From assembly GCF_000315625.1 (NCBI RefSeq), contig NW_005434480.1, positions 1 through 64,000 on the forward strand: 64,000 bases of DNA. Direction: 5' to 3'. Below are positions 13,701 to 25,777 of this stretch, in pieces. Under the pieces are notes generated by a model. The model ran no database searches. It saw only the letters and a list, made by a program, of their open reading frames with translations, and was not told the origin of the DNA. The DNA is from Guillardia theta CCMP2712. Its lineage: Eukaryota > Protista > Cryptophyta. How positions within the stretch are numbered: the first letter of the stretch is position 1; the number at the start of each line of letters is the position of its first letter. The position numbers and the translations under genes are program-made.

Positions 13701-16700
13701 TACGTTCTATGTGGCATCAGCGAGTGGGTTTGCCGTTGGAGTCTCAATTGCGATCGATGACGAGTTCATGCTGGTGGCGAGCGTTGACACGACCGCCAAT
13801 ACTCTGAGCGTGTACAGAGGATACACACAGGCGGAGGGAACAAAGACTCCATCACATCAAGCAAGTTCACTGGTGGGACTCTTCAACCCCAAGGCTGCAG
13901 TAGCAAAGACCTCGGCCTCCATCACAGCGACTGCCACGTCTCTCTCAGTCTTCACCACGAGAGGCTTCACGGCCAACACTTACATTCAGATTGATAACGA
14001 GATCATGCTGATCACTGCCTTGAACACGGGCTCGTTCACCGTTCTCCGCGCTCAGGCTTACACTCAGGCAGCATCGCACGCATCTGGGGCCGAGTACAAG
14101 GCCGTGAGCGTCGAAACAGTCTCTTATTTGCCTATTGCGTTGAAATCTGCGCTGTCTGAAGCTGCGACTGTTGTGGATTTGAACGTTAGCAAGACAGCAT
14201 CGCTGTTAGCACAGGGCGCCAATATCCTCGTGGAGAATGAGATTATTTATATCTGGTATGTGAACGAGTCTGCAAACACCATCACTGTCTCTAGAGGACA
14301 ACAAGGTTCCATGGCAGCCGCACACAGCGCGAGCGCGGAGGTTGTATTTCCCATTAGGGCTCAGAACCTGATTGATACCATCATCGGGGCTACTGGCGTG
14401 CTTCAGTCCATCTCAGGCAGCAACTCCGGCTTGTACGCACGTCCTCTAATGACCAACCCCGGCACTGCTGATGCTACCCCGATGTTGCACCTCGAGGGCA
14501 TCGCAGTGATCAGCAGCCCAACCAAGCTCCAGAAGGCCCCTGTGCTCTCCCTCAACTACCTCGCTCCTGCCTTCACCCCTTACCCTGCAGTAAACCAAGA
14601 CCTGATCGCTGCTTCAGTGTCCTACCCTGTCATCTACAACCCAGCCAAGTATAGCACCGACCCGCTCTACTACCAAGACAGGATGGACGGATACGACTTG
14701 ATGTATCCCCACTCCTCTGTGCTACAGAGCAGCTCCAACCGGATCAACGGAACAAGCCCGGTCTACATCTTCGACTCGTTTGGACAGATGCTGGGCGATC
14801 ACGTGGTCGGCAGTGAGAGCATCGCCGTGACCCTGCAGGCTCGTACCGCCCCGATCACCACCAACCCCGTGACCTCTACCACCTCATCTTCGACCTTGAC
14901 AACCAAGACATCGTACAAGGTGACTCAAGTGTCTCCTAGCCTGGGCAGCGTGTGGGGGCCTCCTTCCAAGGTCTACTCGCCTTTCTTGGGCTACTCCATC
15001 AAGTCAGTGGTGGCATCCGGGGTTCAGTCTCCAGCTACGCTCAACGCTGCCATTACCGCAATTTCCATCTCCGTTGAGCTGACCGTGGCTGTCTCGTACA
15101 TCACGGTATACAGTTATATCCGCATTGACAATGAGGTAATGAAGGTCACGGCTGTCACTGAAAATACCCTGACCGTGGTCCGTGCTCAGCGGTCAACCTA
15201 CGCAACCACTCACGCTCTAAACGCCAACGTGTACTCGGACTGCATCGGTCGACTCTACGCCGAGCCGAGCCTGGAGGGAGGAGAGCCGGCCATCCTCGAC
15301 TTTAGTGGGAGCTCAGTGACGGTGGTGTCGGGAGGCAGCGGATACTTGTCAAGCTCGCATGTGTATGCCTGCGGGAGTGCTACGAGATGTGACTATGCTA
15401 CAGCCCAGGACAACACCTGCTCGCTGACCTTCACTGCCAGTCTCGGGCCCGCTGTGACTGAGGTGTATCTGAACGATACGGTAGCTACGAGAGCTCTTGG
15501 AGGGCAGATGACAGGACTCACTTCCTCCAGCAGTCGATTCTTCTTGTGGAAGACTCGGCCGAGAAAAGTTTCAATAGTCTCTACATCATCAGCTTCATCA
15601 AATACAAACAATTCCTCCAACAGCTCTAATACTCTCATTTCAGTTTGTGGAGATGGGATCAAGTCGCCTAGCGAGGCTTGTGATGACGGCAACACCCGGC
15701 CTTACGACGGCTGCAGCTCTAACTGTACGATCGAGCGTCTCTGGCGATGTGCCGACGTGAATCAGATCTCCGTCTGCCAGCTCATCAGCCTCCCGAGGTT
15801 TGTCACCCTCCAGCTCTACCCCAACACCTCCTTCACCAACGCTCCTTGTAGCTACCAGGTGACCGTCGAGGCGAACTTCTACTTCAAATTAGGGGCCCCC
15901 ATCGCAGTGAGAGGTCTCCCTATTACTTCCAACGCCAGCACCCTGGACATCTCCAGCACTGACGTGTCCCCAATGGCATCTTGGAACCTTACTTCTCAGC
16001 TCCTTATCTTCAACGTGTCGAATTCCAACACCAACGCCACCATCCTCACCTTCACCAGCAGAAGTCCACCAGCCCCCTTGAACTCGATCAACGTCCAAGT
16101 CTCTTGCATTGATTGTGTCGCTGACTTGCCGAACTACTCCGTTCCAGTCTTCACTTCCACCCAGCCTCTGACATTCAAAACTCTTCCTCCTTCCATTTGC
16201 TCGGGCTCAAAGTTTGGTCCCAGCTGTGAATACACCTGCTATGGTACTGTGGTTGTCAACAGCTGCGTTTGCTCAGCTGGACAGGTCGGGTTTCTATGTG
16301 ACCAGACAGCCACGCTGAACCCAGCCCTCAGCACCCCTCCTCAGGTCGTCTCCAGCTCGGGTAAGAACCTCACCTCTTCCACAGGCATCGGGGTGGAGAT
16401 ACCTGCTGGAGCTCTCGTTCAGAGTGTCACCATTTCAGTCAAAGTCTACGAGGTGTCAAACCTCGACCTCGGCGTTCAGCAAGGCTCCATAGACCCGGCG
16501 GGCCCTCTTGTGCAGTTCGAGCCATCAGGCATCCGATTCAGCAAGCCCGTCAAGATCTTCACACCCTACGACCCCAGCAGGATCTCAGGAGGAAAAGTCC
16601 CGTCAGTCTTCTACAACAACGAGTCAGCGTTCCCTCCATGGGAGCGGCAGGAGAGTCAGGTAGTGGCCGGGAAGACCCTAGCCGTGGCGTCGGTGCTTCA

Positions 16701-17115
16701 CTTCTCTGGCTACATGACCATGGCCGCGGACCCTTTGCTCATCACTACTCCCAACACATCGCCCAGCTCTTCGATCACTGAAGGAGGTCAAAGTGACCAG
16801 TCTGTTCCCTCCGTCGATTCAAAGGGATCGAGCAAGCTTGGCCTGATTCTCGGACTATCGCTCGGAGCTGCGGCGCTGCTCATGGTCTCACTGATAATCT
16901 TTCGACTTCGCCGCATGCGAGCGAAGGCTGCAGGGACGAACATTCCTCAGAATGTACGGCTAGGATCGTTCCGCGGGAACCCACCAAGTCATCAAGCGCA
17001 GCAAAGGGAAGTCGAAGAAGAGGCGATGACGAACTCCAACGCTTTTGATGCTTCAAATTCCTCATTGATTTTCGGGATTCCCGTAGAGGAACGCGATCTC
17101 TCAGACCAGGCGTGA
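4785..17115 (+). CDS. Giant secreted type-I membrane protein, paralog A (~4,090 aa): signal peptide, Ig-like repeats, GSGY repeats, IDxE/RG..H repeats, Cys-rich DUF4215-like repeat, EGF-like, ZU5-like, TM, cytoplasmic tail
   Basis: 12,255-nt uninterrupted ORF (4861-17115), with a probable micro-exon 4785-4802 (MQGMRQ) and intron 4803-4860 (gtgagg...ctgatgacag). Signal-like WLLLACCSSAVHA; CGDGIKSPSEACDDGNTRPYDGCSSNC; GVEIPAGAL...GPLVQFEPSGIRFSKPV...HFSGY; TM LGLILGLSLGAAALLMVSLIIF followed by RLRR. Confidence 0.92.
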
Positions 17116-17116
17116 G

Positions 17117-17177
17117 ACAGCTGTGATGTATCTGTATCTCTAACAGTGATACATCACAGCTGTGATGTATCTGTATG
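17117..17177. repeat. Perfect 24-bp palindrome plus direct repeat immediately after the gene A stop
   Basis: gatacatcacag|ctgtgatgtatc at 17148-17171; acagctgtgatgtatctgtat occurs twice. Confidence 0.9.
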
Positions 17178-17720
17178 TCACTCAACCACCCAGTTGCTGT
17201 CAACGATTGAAACCAAGGAGCAGAGCATCTCGACTATCAACTCATGCTGATGGACAACTTCCATGACACCTGTCCAGCCGGCGACTCAAGAGGAAAAGAA
17301 CCATGTCAGTTCTTCGGGCACTACGACCAGCGACAAACTTGGATCATCTTAATGATCGATGCGGATCTCTTGTATGCCAGTGTAATCTTAGAATAGAATC
17401 CACCAAAGTAAGTAAGCTGATTCAAAAGTTTGATTAATCAAAAGCATCCAGCCATTGTTGGCTGGTGCTTGTACAATCTAAGATCCTAAGATTGTTCGTG
17501 AAAAAAAAAGGGAGAATATTATCTCTTCTCTCCTCCCATTTCAATCCCGTTTCCACTCTTTTGGTCTAGTCTACTTTCTCTTCTGATCTTTTCTGATCTC
17601 TTCTTATCTCTTCTTCTCTTTTCCCTTCTCCCTCTGAGGAAGGGATTTCCTCTAATCTGTCAATAACTGGATTTTCTACTTGATATTCGACACTCAAAGA
17701 AATCTGTTCTGCATTTTCCT

Positions 17721-18230
17721 TTGGGAGATGAATTTTTCTCCATAATGTTCATGGGCCAATACCTGTCTCCTCAACTCCAGTGGTGGCAGGAGAATTCGCT
17801 CTCCTGGAATCTTGTGCCCGCTAGCAAGGAGCCCAGTCGTCTGTCATTCAGGGACGCAGTTGATAGCACGATGTCCCTCCAGGATGTCTTGGAGATCTTT
17901 AGAGACTTTGAGGCTGAGATGTCACGTTGGGATCCAAAAATTTTAATCATCGTGGATGCCGCAAGAGATTTTATTCCAATGACAAATACCGATATCCCAC
18001 GAGGAGTTGGAGACATTGGGAGGATGTCAAAGAACTGCACGCTGCTATTCACATGTTGTGAAGGTCAGACTGCAGCTGATAAGTCAATCTTCATGAGATT
18101 GCTCTTGGATCCTCGAACAGGAATCTTTGCTCCCAAGAGAGCGCTTGACCTTGCACTATTGTCCTGTGCGCGAGGATGTCGTGAAATACAAGCATGCAAT
18201 CTCATCGATGCTCACAAGAGCGGACGTTGA
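17721..18230 (+). pseudogene. Caspase-like (peptidase C14) domain fragment lacking the catalytic dyad
   Basis: Motifs in caspase order: IMFMGQ (cf. F-x-G-H), NLVP, KILIIVDAAR (cf. IxDACR), LLFTCCEGQTAADKSIFMRLLL (cf. p10-like region). No ATG start; flanks are degenerate. Confidence 0.55.
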
Positions 18231-19116
18231 AAGACAAGGAGGAGCCCGGGGTAGAGATTGATCTAAATGTGGATACCTCTGACTTCTGCTTCACTCTCGC
18301 CTTGTTTGTGTCAACCATGATAGTCCCGCTCACTTCCGTCTCACCCTGTCCGCTAACTCGCACCTGAAAAATGCAGCTCGTTACCAAGTCCAGGTGGACT
18401 TCAGCTGATTCCGACGAGGCCAGATGCTAGAGTTTCTTCGAGTCCTCCATTGTAATCCCTTTCAGTGCCTAACTGATTGACCGGCAGCGCGAGGGAGCTG
18501 CGAGACTCGTTGGGAGGAGGCAGCACGACAGAGGCAGGACCAGGAGCTGGCGAGCAAGACAGTACTAGAGGGCTGGCAGCTGAATGCGGCCCGAGAGTTG
18601 GACTCGAAGGGAAGCAGTTCACTGTTGCTCCCGGCTCACTGACTGCCGGTACTCCTGGCAATACATACGTGAAGGAACGAACTTGATTGATACGATTGAT
18701 AAGAGAGAAAGGGACAAGTCGGTCGAGCCCGTTCACTGTTGACCCTCTCTTGCCTTGCAACAGACATTATCAGAAGCATATCTGGTTGTAGCAGTAGGAG
18801 GTCAACGGTTCAAGAACAGGTGGAAGTACAAGGTAAGATTCATGTTAACATTTTAATCGACACGACTGGATTGGGAGGAGAGCAGCACGGAAAAAGTCTG
18901 ATTCTACCTTCCCCTCTTCCACCAACCAAGACTCCCTCCTCCCCACTCTAAAGGTCTCACAACATTTCACTCACCTGGTGTCTCTGCTTCCCCACTCTGA
19001 AGTTGTGACGACATTCTCACTCACTGACCTTTCAAACCCTCTGATCTCTCCGCACGTCCCACACTACCATCACAAGTGCCATCTAGAACTCACACGCTCT
19101 CGTCTCCTCCCTCCTC

Positions 19117-22058
19117 TCACTCGTTGATCCCCAGACTTTTGAGATAGTCAACGATCCCCAGCAGCCCACCCCAGCTGGCCCGTTGTGCACACGTGAACCC
19201 GTGCTTGTCCTTCTCTCTCAGCAGCTCCTCCCCGCACATTTCCTGCAGATATCGCAGCATGTCAAGATGTCCGCCTTCGCTCGCCGCATGCGCGCATGTC
19301 ATCCCATCATCGTCCTTCTCTGCCAGCAGCTCCTTCCCGCAAGTCTCTCCGAGGTACCGCAGCGCTTCCAGCTGCCCTCCAAGGCTGGCCGTCAGCGCAC
19401 ACGTCTTGCCTTCCGAGCTCTTCTCCTTCAGCAGCCCCTCTCCGCAGGTCGCCTTGAGATAACGCAGCACCTTCAGCTGCCCTCCAGCACATGCCCCGTG
19501 TGCGCATGTCTCCCCATCATTGTTCTTCTCTCTCAGCAGCTCCTCCCCGCACGCCTCCTTCAAGTAACGCAGGACGTCAACCTGACCTACTGCACTAGCC
19601 GCATGCGCACAAGTCAAGCCATCGTTATTCTTCTCCCTCACAAACTCCTTCAGTTTCTCCTTCCCACACTGAGCCTCCACGCTCTTCAGCACCTCCACAT
19701 GTCCAGCCTCCACCGCCCAATGCCCGAAAGTCTTTCCTTTCTTGTCCCTCGCCTTGAGGTCTGCTCCTGCCTCTATCAGCTCCTTCACGCTCCCGGCCCT
19801 CCCCAGCATCGCTGCCACATGCAATGCTGCCCTGCCATCCTCCAACCGCGCATTCAAGTCGCACCCGGCGGCCTTCAGCACCGGGATCAGCTCCCCCTGC
19901 CCACGTACCACCGCTATGACTGTCGGGGGTTCAGTTTGCTCGCCAGAGATTGACAGGCCAGAAATCTGGCACAGCCTCTTGCTCAGGTCTCGTCTGCTGT
20001 TCTCATCCGCTGCATTCAGCGAGCTGATCTGCTTCAGCAGGCTCGCCATCGTCTTCCAGCAAACCGACTTCATCGTGTCTCTTGCAAGCTCGTCACATCG
20101 CTCGTCTCCTGTGGTGTCCTCAATCCAGTATCTGAGCTTGTTGATCGCCATGTTCTTCATCGAGTTGTACAGGTCGATCGCATCTTTGAACTTCCAGTCG
20201 TCGTTGTACCACTCTGCATCCTTCTCCTTACTCACTTTAACGAGCTTCCAGCATTCATCCTTGATCGATCTCAGAAGCTTCTTGTAGTTGTTCAAAGAAT
20301 CAGCAACTGCACTGCTCAGCCGCTCCTGGATCCTCGGCTCCCACTCCACCAGCTCTCGCTCTACCTCCCTCGCGATGTTCTCCATCAGCCCTACGTACAG
20401 CTGCTTCTTCTTCCCTAGCGTCTCTTCGATCGTCAAGCTCATCGTGTTCGCGTTGATCTTCAGCTCCAGCACCTTCACCCGCCTCCCCTCTACCTCCCTG
20501 TACCGCGGCGTCTTCACCACCTCCAGGTACGACAGCGGCGGATACAACATCTCCCCCTCCCCCGGATACTGAGACACAAACGTCAAGCTCGCCCCCCGGT
20601 CGATCGCCCCGCAGCTGATCTCGAACACGACCGACTCTCCCTCCTCCCCGGCGTACTGCATCGCCGTCCTGACGTCTGTCGTCGTGCTCAGCAGCCCGTA
20701 CTCGACTCCTCCGGACACCCCGAGCTTGTCCTCGTTGAGGAAGCTCTCCGGCAGCTTGAGGCCCTTCAGTCCAATCCACACTTGCCGATCCTCCGGCAGA
20801 GGCGTGTGACGAGACAGCTTCACGACGCCGCTGACGATGCAGTGGATGGTCGTCGTGTACCTGTTTGCGACTTTGTCTGGGGCCCTGAGGGAGTTGTTAT
20901 ACTTGTCATACATCGGCCCTGTCACCATGTCAAGCTTGTCAGTCATCCCCGCCTCCTCCCTCCTCCCTCTCTCCCCTTCTTTGTCTCAGCCCATGCTCCT
21001 TCTCCCTCTCTCGCTATCTCTCTCTTACCTGTGTAGAGCTGCAGCGCGATCAGCTCCGCCTCCTGTAGCCCCGCCTTGATCGCCGTGTCCAGCGCCTTCA
21101 GCTCCTCCATCCCTCGGATCACCCGCGTCCCGTCCGACAGCCTCCGCCTCCTCTCCGGGTCTGTGACGTTGAGCCACTCCTCCTTGGCTGTCGTCGTGAT
21201 CCCGTAGTTGCTCGTCGTGAACCCTTCCTCTGCGTCCTTGCCCTTGCAGTGCTCCTCCTCTATCGCCTTCATCAGCTCCGTCTGAGGTAGCCCGATCCGC
21301 TCCATCAGCCCCCCGTAGTACTCCTCGATCTTCCCGTACACGGCCTCGCGTATCTCCCCGCTGCCTGTACCGTCTGACGCGTTCACCGCAAACTTGCTGT
21401 TGTGCGACGTCGGACTGTCTCCTCCCGCCCGCCCTCCTGCCTCCGCCGGCCTCCTCAGCGCCTCCTCGAGCCTCCTTGCTATCGCCGTCTGCCATAGAGC
21501 CGATAGAGCGCTCTCCGTCATCCCCTGTAGCCCCGCAAGAGGACTCGCCGCGCTCCCGCCGGGGATGCACTCCGCCATGACTCGGAGGATGTTGAGGTCG
21601 CCGAGGCTGCTGGCCTTGCGCTCGAGCTCCCACTCTCTTGCGACTCTGACCTCGTAGTCGTCGTACGTGAGCTTGTCAGGGCCTTCATGGGGCATGAGGG
21701 CCGACGCGTCTAGGCCAAGAGCGAAGCGAAGCTTGTTGTGGAGCTTGGAGGATGGCTGGGGGTTGTCGAATAGCTCGCGCAGAGCAGATTTGATCTCGTC
21801 GGTCAAACGCCATTCCCCGGCTCCCGATGGCCTCACCTGTGTCTTGTTTGATGGCTGAGTCGTAGGGCTGGAGATGCTTGACGGGATCGTCTTCACATTT
21901 CCTTGAGGGGCTGGGGGATCTTTGACAGTCTGCTTTCTCAGCGCGGCCTCGAGCTCTGAGATCCTTCTTGTCGCTTCCTCCAACCTCTTCTTGAGTAGCG
22001 AGTCATCATGACCGTCCTCGGGCTTCACTTTGGACGAGAAGCAGGGGAAGCAACTCAT
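19117..22058 (-). CDS. ADP-ribosyltransferase (R-S-E/ARTC-like fold) plus ankyrin-repeat protein, two exons (22058-21029, 20918-19117), ~943 aa
   Basis: Removing intron 21028-20919 (gtaaga...gactgac...gtgacag) restores LYTGPMYDKYN. ART motifs: QVWIGL, GVEYGLLSTTTD, SQYPGEGEMLYPPLS. About 8 ankyrin repeats follow (GxTCAHxAxxGGxLxxLRYL). Confidence 0.85.
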
Positions 22059-22189
22059 GTCCCTTCCTCAGCCCAGGGAGAAACCTGCTACAGGAGCTTA
22101 CATCAGCCGGCTTCAGATATCTCTCCTCTCTTCCTCTCCCATTCCCATTCCCTCCTTCTCTTTCCTTCCTTCCCTCCCCGCCCCCCTTC

Positions 22190-22192
22190 TAT

Positions 22193-22224
<32 letters not shown>

Positions 22225-22237
22225 GCTCTCGCTCTCG

Positions 22238-22274
<37 letters not shown>

Positions 22275-22490
22275 CTCTCCTCTCCTNNNNNNNNNNNNNN
22301 NNNNNNNNNNNNNNNNNNNNNNNNNNNNNNNNNNNNNNNNNNNNNNNNNNNNNNNNNNNNNNNNNNNNNNNNNNNNNNNNNNNNNNTCCTCTCCTCCCTC
22401 TCCTCTCCTCTCCTCTCCTCTCCTCTCCTCTCCTTCTCCTCTCCTCTCTCCTCTCCTCTCCTCTCCTCTCCTCTCCTCTCCTCTCCCTCC
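22190..22490. repeat. (CT)n/(CTCTC)n microsatellite spanning an assembly gap of 100 N (22287-22386)
   Basis: Directly visible; a run of exactly 100 N is the usual placeholder for a gap of unknown size. Confidence 0.95.
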
Positions 22491-23689
22491 TCACATCTCT
22501 TTGTTGCCATATCCGTACCACCCTACCTAAAGCCACCCCCCTCACTGATACATCCTTCGCCGTACACCCCCCCCAATCACATAAAGTACCCCCACCCTTT
22601 CTATTGTTGTTGACTACCCCCTAGACATACAACCCCATCATTTCTTTACAACGCGCCACGCCCCTTTAAAACACCACCCCCCTTTATCCCCATTGTTTCA
22701 CCCCTCCTTCTCCTTTTTACAATCGGTTCTTCCGAATTACACGCAACGGTCCTGTAAAGTAGGTGGGTAGTACCACCATTGTGCCAGAGTACCCCATGAT
22801 TGCGCCTGCAATCGTGCATATCTACATAGGTAGGGTGTTCCAAAGATATGCCAGCCACCGGTGCTCTGTCCATATCATTTCTGAAAGTCACCCTCGGGCC
22901 CGGGAGTCGCCGGGCCCGCCGGATCAGGGCCCGGAGCCTCAGTGTCCCGACCCGGTGACAGACTCAGTGAGGCCCAGACTGAGCACCGCGTGACTGTCAC
23001 TTGAGAAGTTCACGACGGTACTGTTGCGTGTTTGTTCAAGCGGAGCTCCAGACCGTACGGTCTACTGTGACTGGATGCCGTGCCATGATGCTGACCCGGC
23101 AGTGTCGGAGTGACGTGATGACAGTAAGCTGAAATGCTTAACTTGGCTGAAATGCTTAACTTGGTGTGTTGTGATGATTACGAGTGTGATTTTAGTTCAT
23201 TCCTTGATCATCGGAACCGGTCTCAGGCCCGGAGCCTCTGATCAGTGTGACTCCAGGAGCACTGAGCACTCTCGCGACGCTGTTGACGGGTCAGAGAGTC
23301 GAAGGAACTACAAAGAGACTAAAGTCACAATGCGCCCACTCGTTGGCGACTGAGTTGGCCGAGACAGTACGGTACGGTCTGAGTAGCGGTAACGAGAGTC
23401 GCCACTCGGCTTCGCAGTTTGCCTTTCGGCCCAACTCTGACCGTTGAGCTGACGGTCCAGTCACAAGTTGGGCATCATCGTACTCCGCTGAGAAGCTGCT
23501 ACGAGAGCACGGAGAACAAGTAGTTGTATCATCTATCATCTGATGCCTGTATCAATGATGCTGGGCCGGGAGTCGAGCCAGGTGGTGACCGTACGTGGAA
23601 GGAACGGAAGGGAAACGAGTACGAGACGCGAGTCAAGGGAGAGAAGAGAAAAGAGAGAAGGAGAGTCGATGGCTCCGGCGATGGCGGAG

Positions 23690-24870
23690 ATCATGATGAG
23701 GCGTACACGATGCTGATCTCTCATCAGCCGGAGGTGCAACGAAGCCAATCAAGGAGGGAGGAATATTTGCTATCACCCAGCTGGCAAGGACCATCGATCC
23801 AGTGGGGTGTGGCTATAAAGGAAAAAGCATGCAACGAGCTGCAGAGCTGGTCTGAGAGGACAAGGCAGCAAGATCAGACGACAACTTCTTGAGAAAGGTG
23901 GAATCAGGCGATCGTATTGACAGCCATGCACGACTTCGCTACCTGCAACAAGGTACAGGAAGCCATGAAGACTGATGGCATGTAGACTGACGCCATGAAG
24001 ACTGATGGCATGTAGACTGACGCCATGTAGACTGACGGCATGAAGACTGATGGCATGTAGACTGACGGCATGAAGACTGACGGTGCATGAAGACTGACGG
24101 CATGAAGACTGAAGCCATGTAGACTGACGCCATGAAGACTGACGGCATGTAGACTGACGGCATGAAGACTGATGGCATGTAGACTGACGCCATGAAGACT
24201 GACGGCATGAAGACTGATGGCATGTAGACTGACGGCATGAAGACTGACGGTGCATGAAGACTGACGGCATGAAGACTGATGGCATGTAGACTGACGGCAT
24301 GAAGACCAAAGGCATGAAGACTGACGGTGCATGAAGACTGACGGCATGAAGACTGAAGCCATGTAGACTGACGCCATGAAGACTGACGGCATGAAGACTG
24401 ATGGCATGTAGACTGACGGCATGAAGACTGACGGTGCATGAAGACTGACGGCATGAAGACTGAAGCCATGTAGACTGACGCCATGAAGACTGACGGCATG
24501 TAGACTGACGGCATGAAGACTGATGGCATGTAGACTGACGGCATGAAGACTGATGGCATGAAGACTGACGGTGCATGAAGACTGACGGCATGAAGACTGA
24601 AGCCATGTAGACTGACGCCATGAAGACTGACGCCATGAAGACTGACGGCATGTAGACTGACGGCATGTAGACTGAAGGCATGAAGACTGACGGCATGTAG
24701 ACTGAGGGCATGATGGAGTCTCCCAAATACACTGACATGCGCTCCTTGCTAGCTACGACGAGATCAGGGACAAGATCGGAAAGACAGGAGGCATGGAGGC
24801 TGTAATGCCAGCCAGGAGATACAGGAGCGAGCATGCGAGGCGCTGATGAGCATTCAAGGGCCTTGCAGAG
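23690..24870 (+). pseudogene. Degenerate armadillo-like repeat gene interrupted by a minisatellite
   Basis: Frameshifted fragments: AYTMLISHQPEVQ; IKEKACNELQSW; KGGI..IVLTAMHDFATCNKVQEA before the array; YDEIRDKIGKTGGMEAV and QEIQERACEALMSI after it. These fit the ARM-like consensus GGxxAVxxAM...VQExACxAL. Confidence 0.45.
23961..24712. repeat. 15-bp minisatellite (~50 units) with 17-bp variants
   Basis: Unit catg(a/t)agactga(cgg/tgg/cgc/agc), with a periodic 'cggtg' variant. Confidence 0.97.
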
Positions 24871-25419
24871 GCTCGGAGGCAGAGGGAATCGAAAAGGCCA
24901 GGCATGAGCGCTTGATACTGAGCTGGTACTCTACACTGTCCAAAGATCCAGGTGGACTTCGGAACGAGAACCTTGAACTAGTCTCGACGTCCTTCCGCAC
25001 GGTTCACGACTCTCCCAGTCCCAGTCTTGCACAGACGTGATGAACTGACTGTCAGTCGCCGAACTCGGAACGCACTCGCCGGGCCCCGGGACACCCGGGC
25101 CGGGTAGAGGTACTCAGGCACGGTCACCGGCGCCCTGGATCCTTCCGCCCCCCAGTATGTGTCCCAAGCGATCAGTACGTGGACCGCCGACAATCAGGAG
25201 ACTCAGTAGAGGAGGCTTGACCCTGCCACACTCTACGGTCGCGCAGGCCATACGGTGAGAAGAGAAAAGACAGATACCTTCACTTACCTTCGCCGTCCCA
25301 ACAGAGGAGGCAACTGACGCAGTTATATGTTGAGACACAAGCCTGCCCTGATGAAACAAACGTGCGGCGGATCATGTTTCCGATCTGATGGTTGGTTGTT
25401 GCCCGTACGGTCATAGTAA

Positions 25420-25610
25420 AACCCTAACTCCTCTTAAACCTCGTCTTAATAGCATTGACTCCCCTTAATAGCAGACTCCTCTTAATAACATTAACAAACT
25501 CCTCTTACTATTAATAACACAGGCTAACTCCCCTTAATAAACCCTCTAAATAACATTAACCCCCCTTAATAACATTAACCCCCCCTTAATAACAATAACT
25601 CCCTTTAATC
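25420..25610. repeat. Degenerate ~18-bp AT/C-rich tandem repeat
   Basis: Recurring 'ccccttaataacattaa' / 'ctcctcttaata'. Confidence 0.8.
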
Positions 25611-25777
25611 ACCTCAGCTAATTCTCTACCGCTGTCTGGCTGGCACACCGGATATCATGGTCTTCACTGGCCCTACCCCATTCTCCGTTACGCTCTGTAA
25701 CCGACATGTCATATCAAGCGCCGAAGCTCGGCTCGGCTGTGGTAAAAATGTCACGAGGGCTCCGCGAGTTGACTTTT

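Noticed and set aside
4861-17115. Integrated phage or giant-virus segment
   Set aside because: No capsid, polymerase or packaging genes; the genes have signal peptides, TM helices and spliceosomal introns. Only repeat-level resemblance is claimed.
22008-22613. ORFs with poly-ER or poly-LS runs
   Set aside because: Translations of a microsatellite and an N gap.
23961-24712. CRISPR-like array
   Set aside because: Contiguous tandem units with no unique spacers, no cas genes, and a eukaryotic context.
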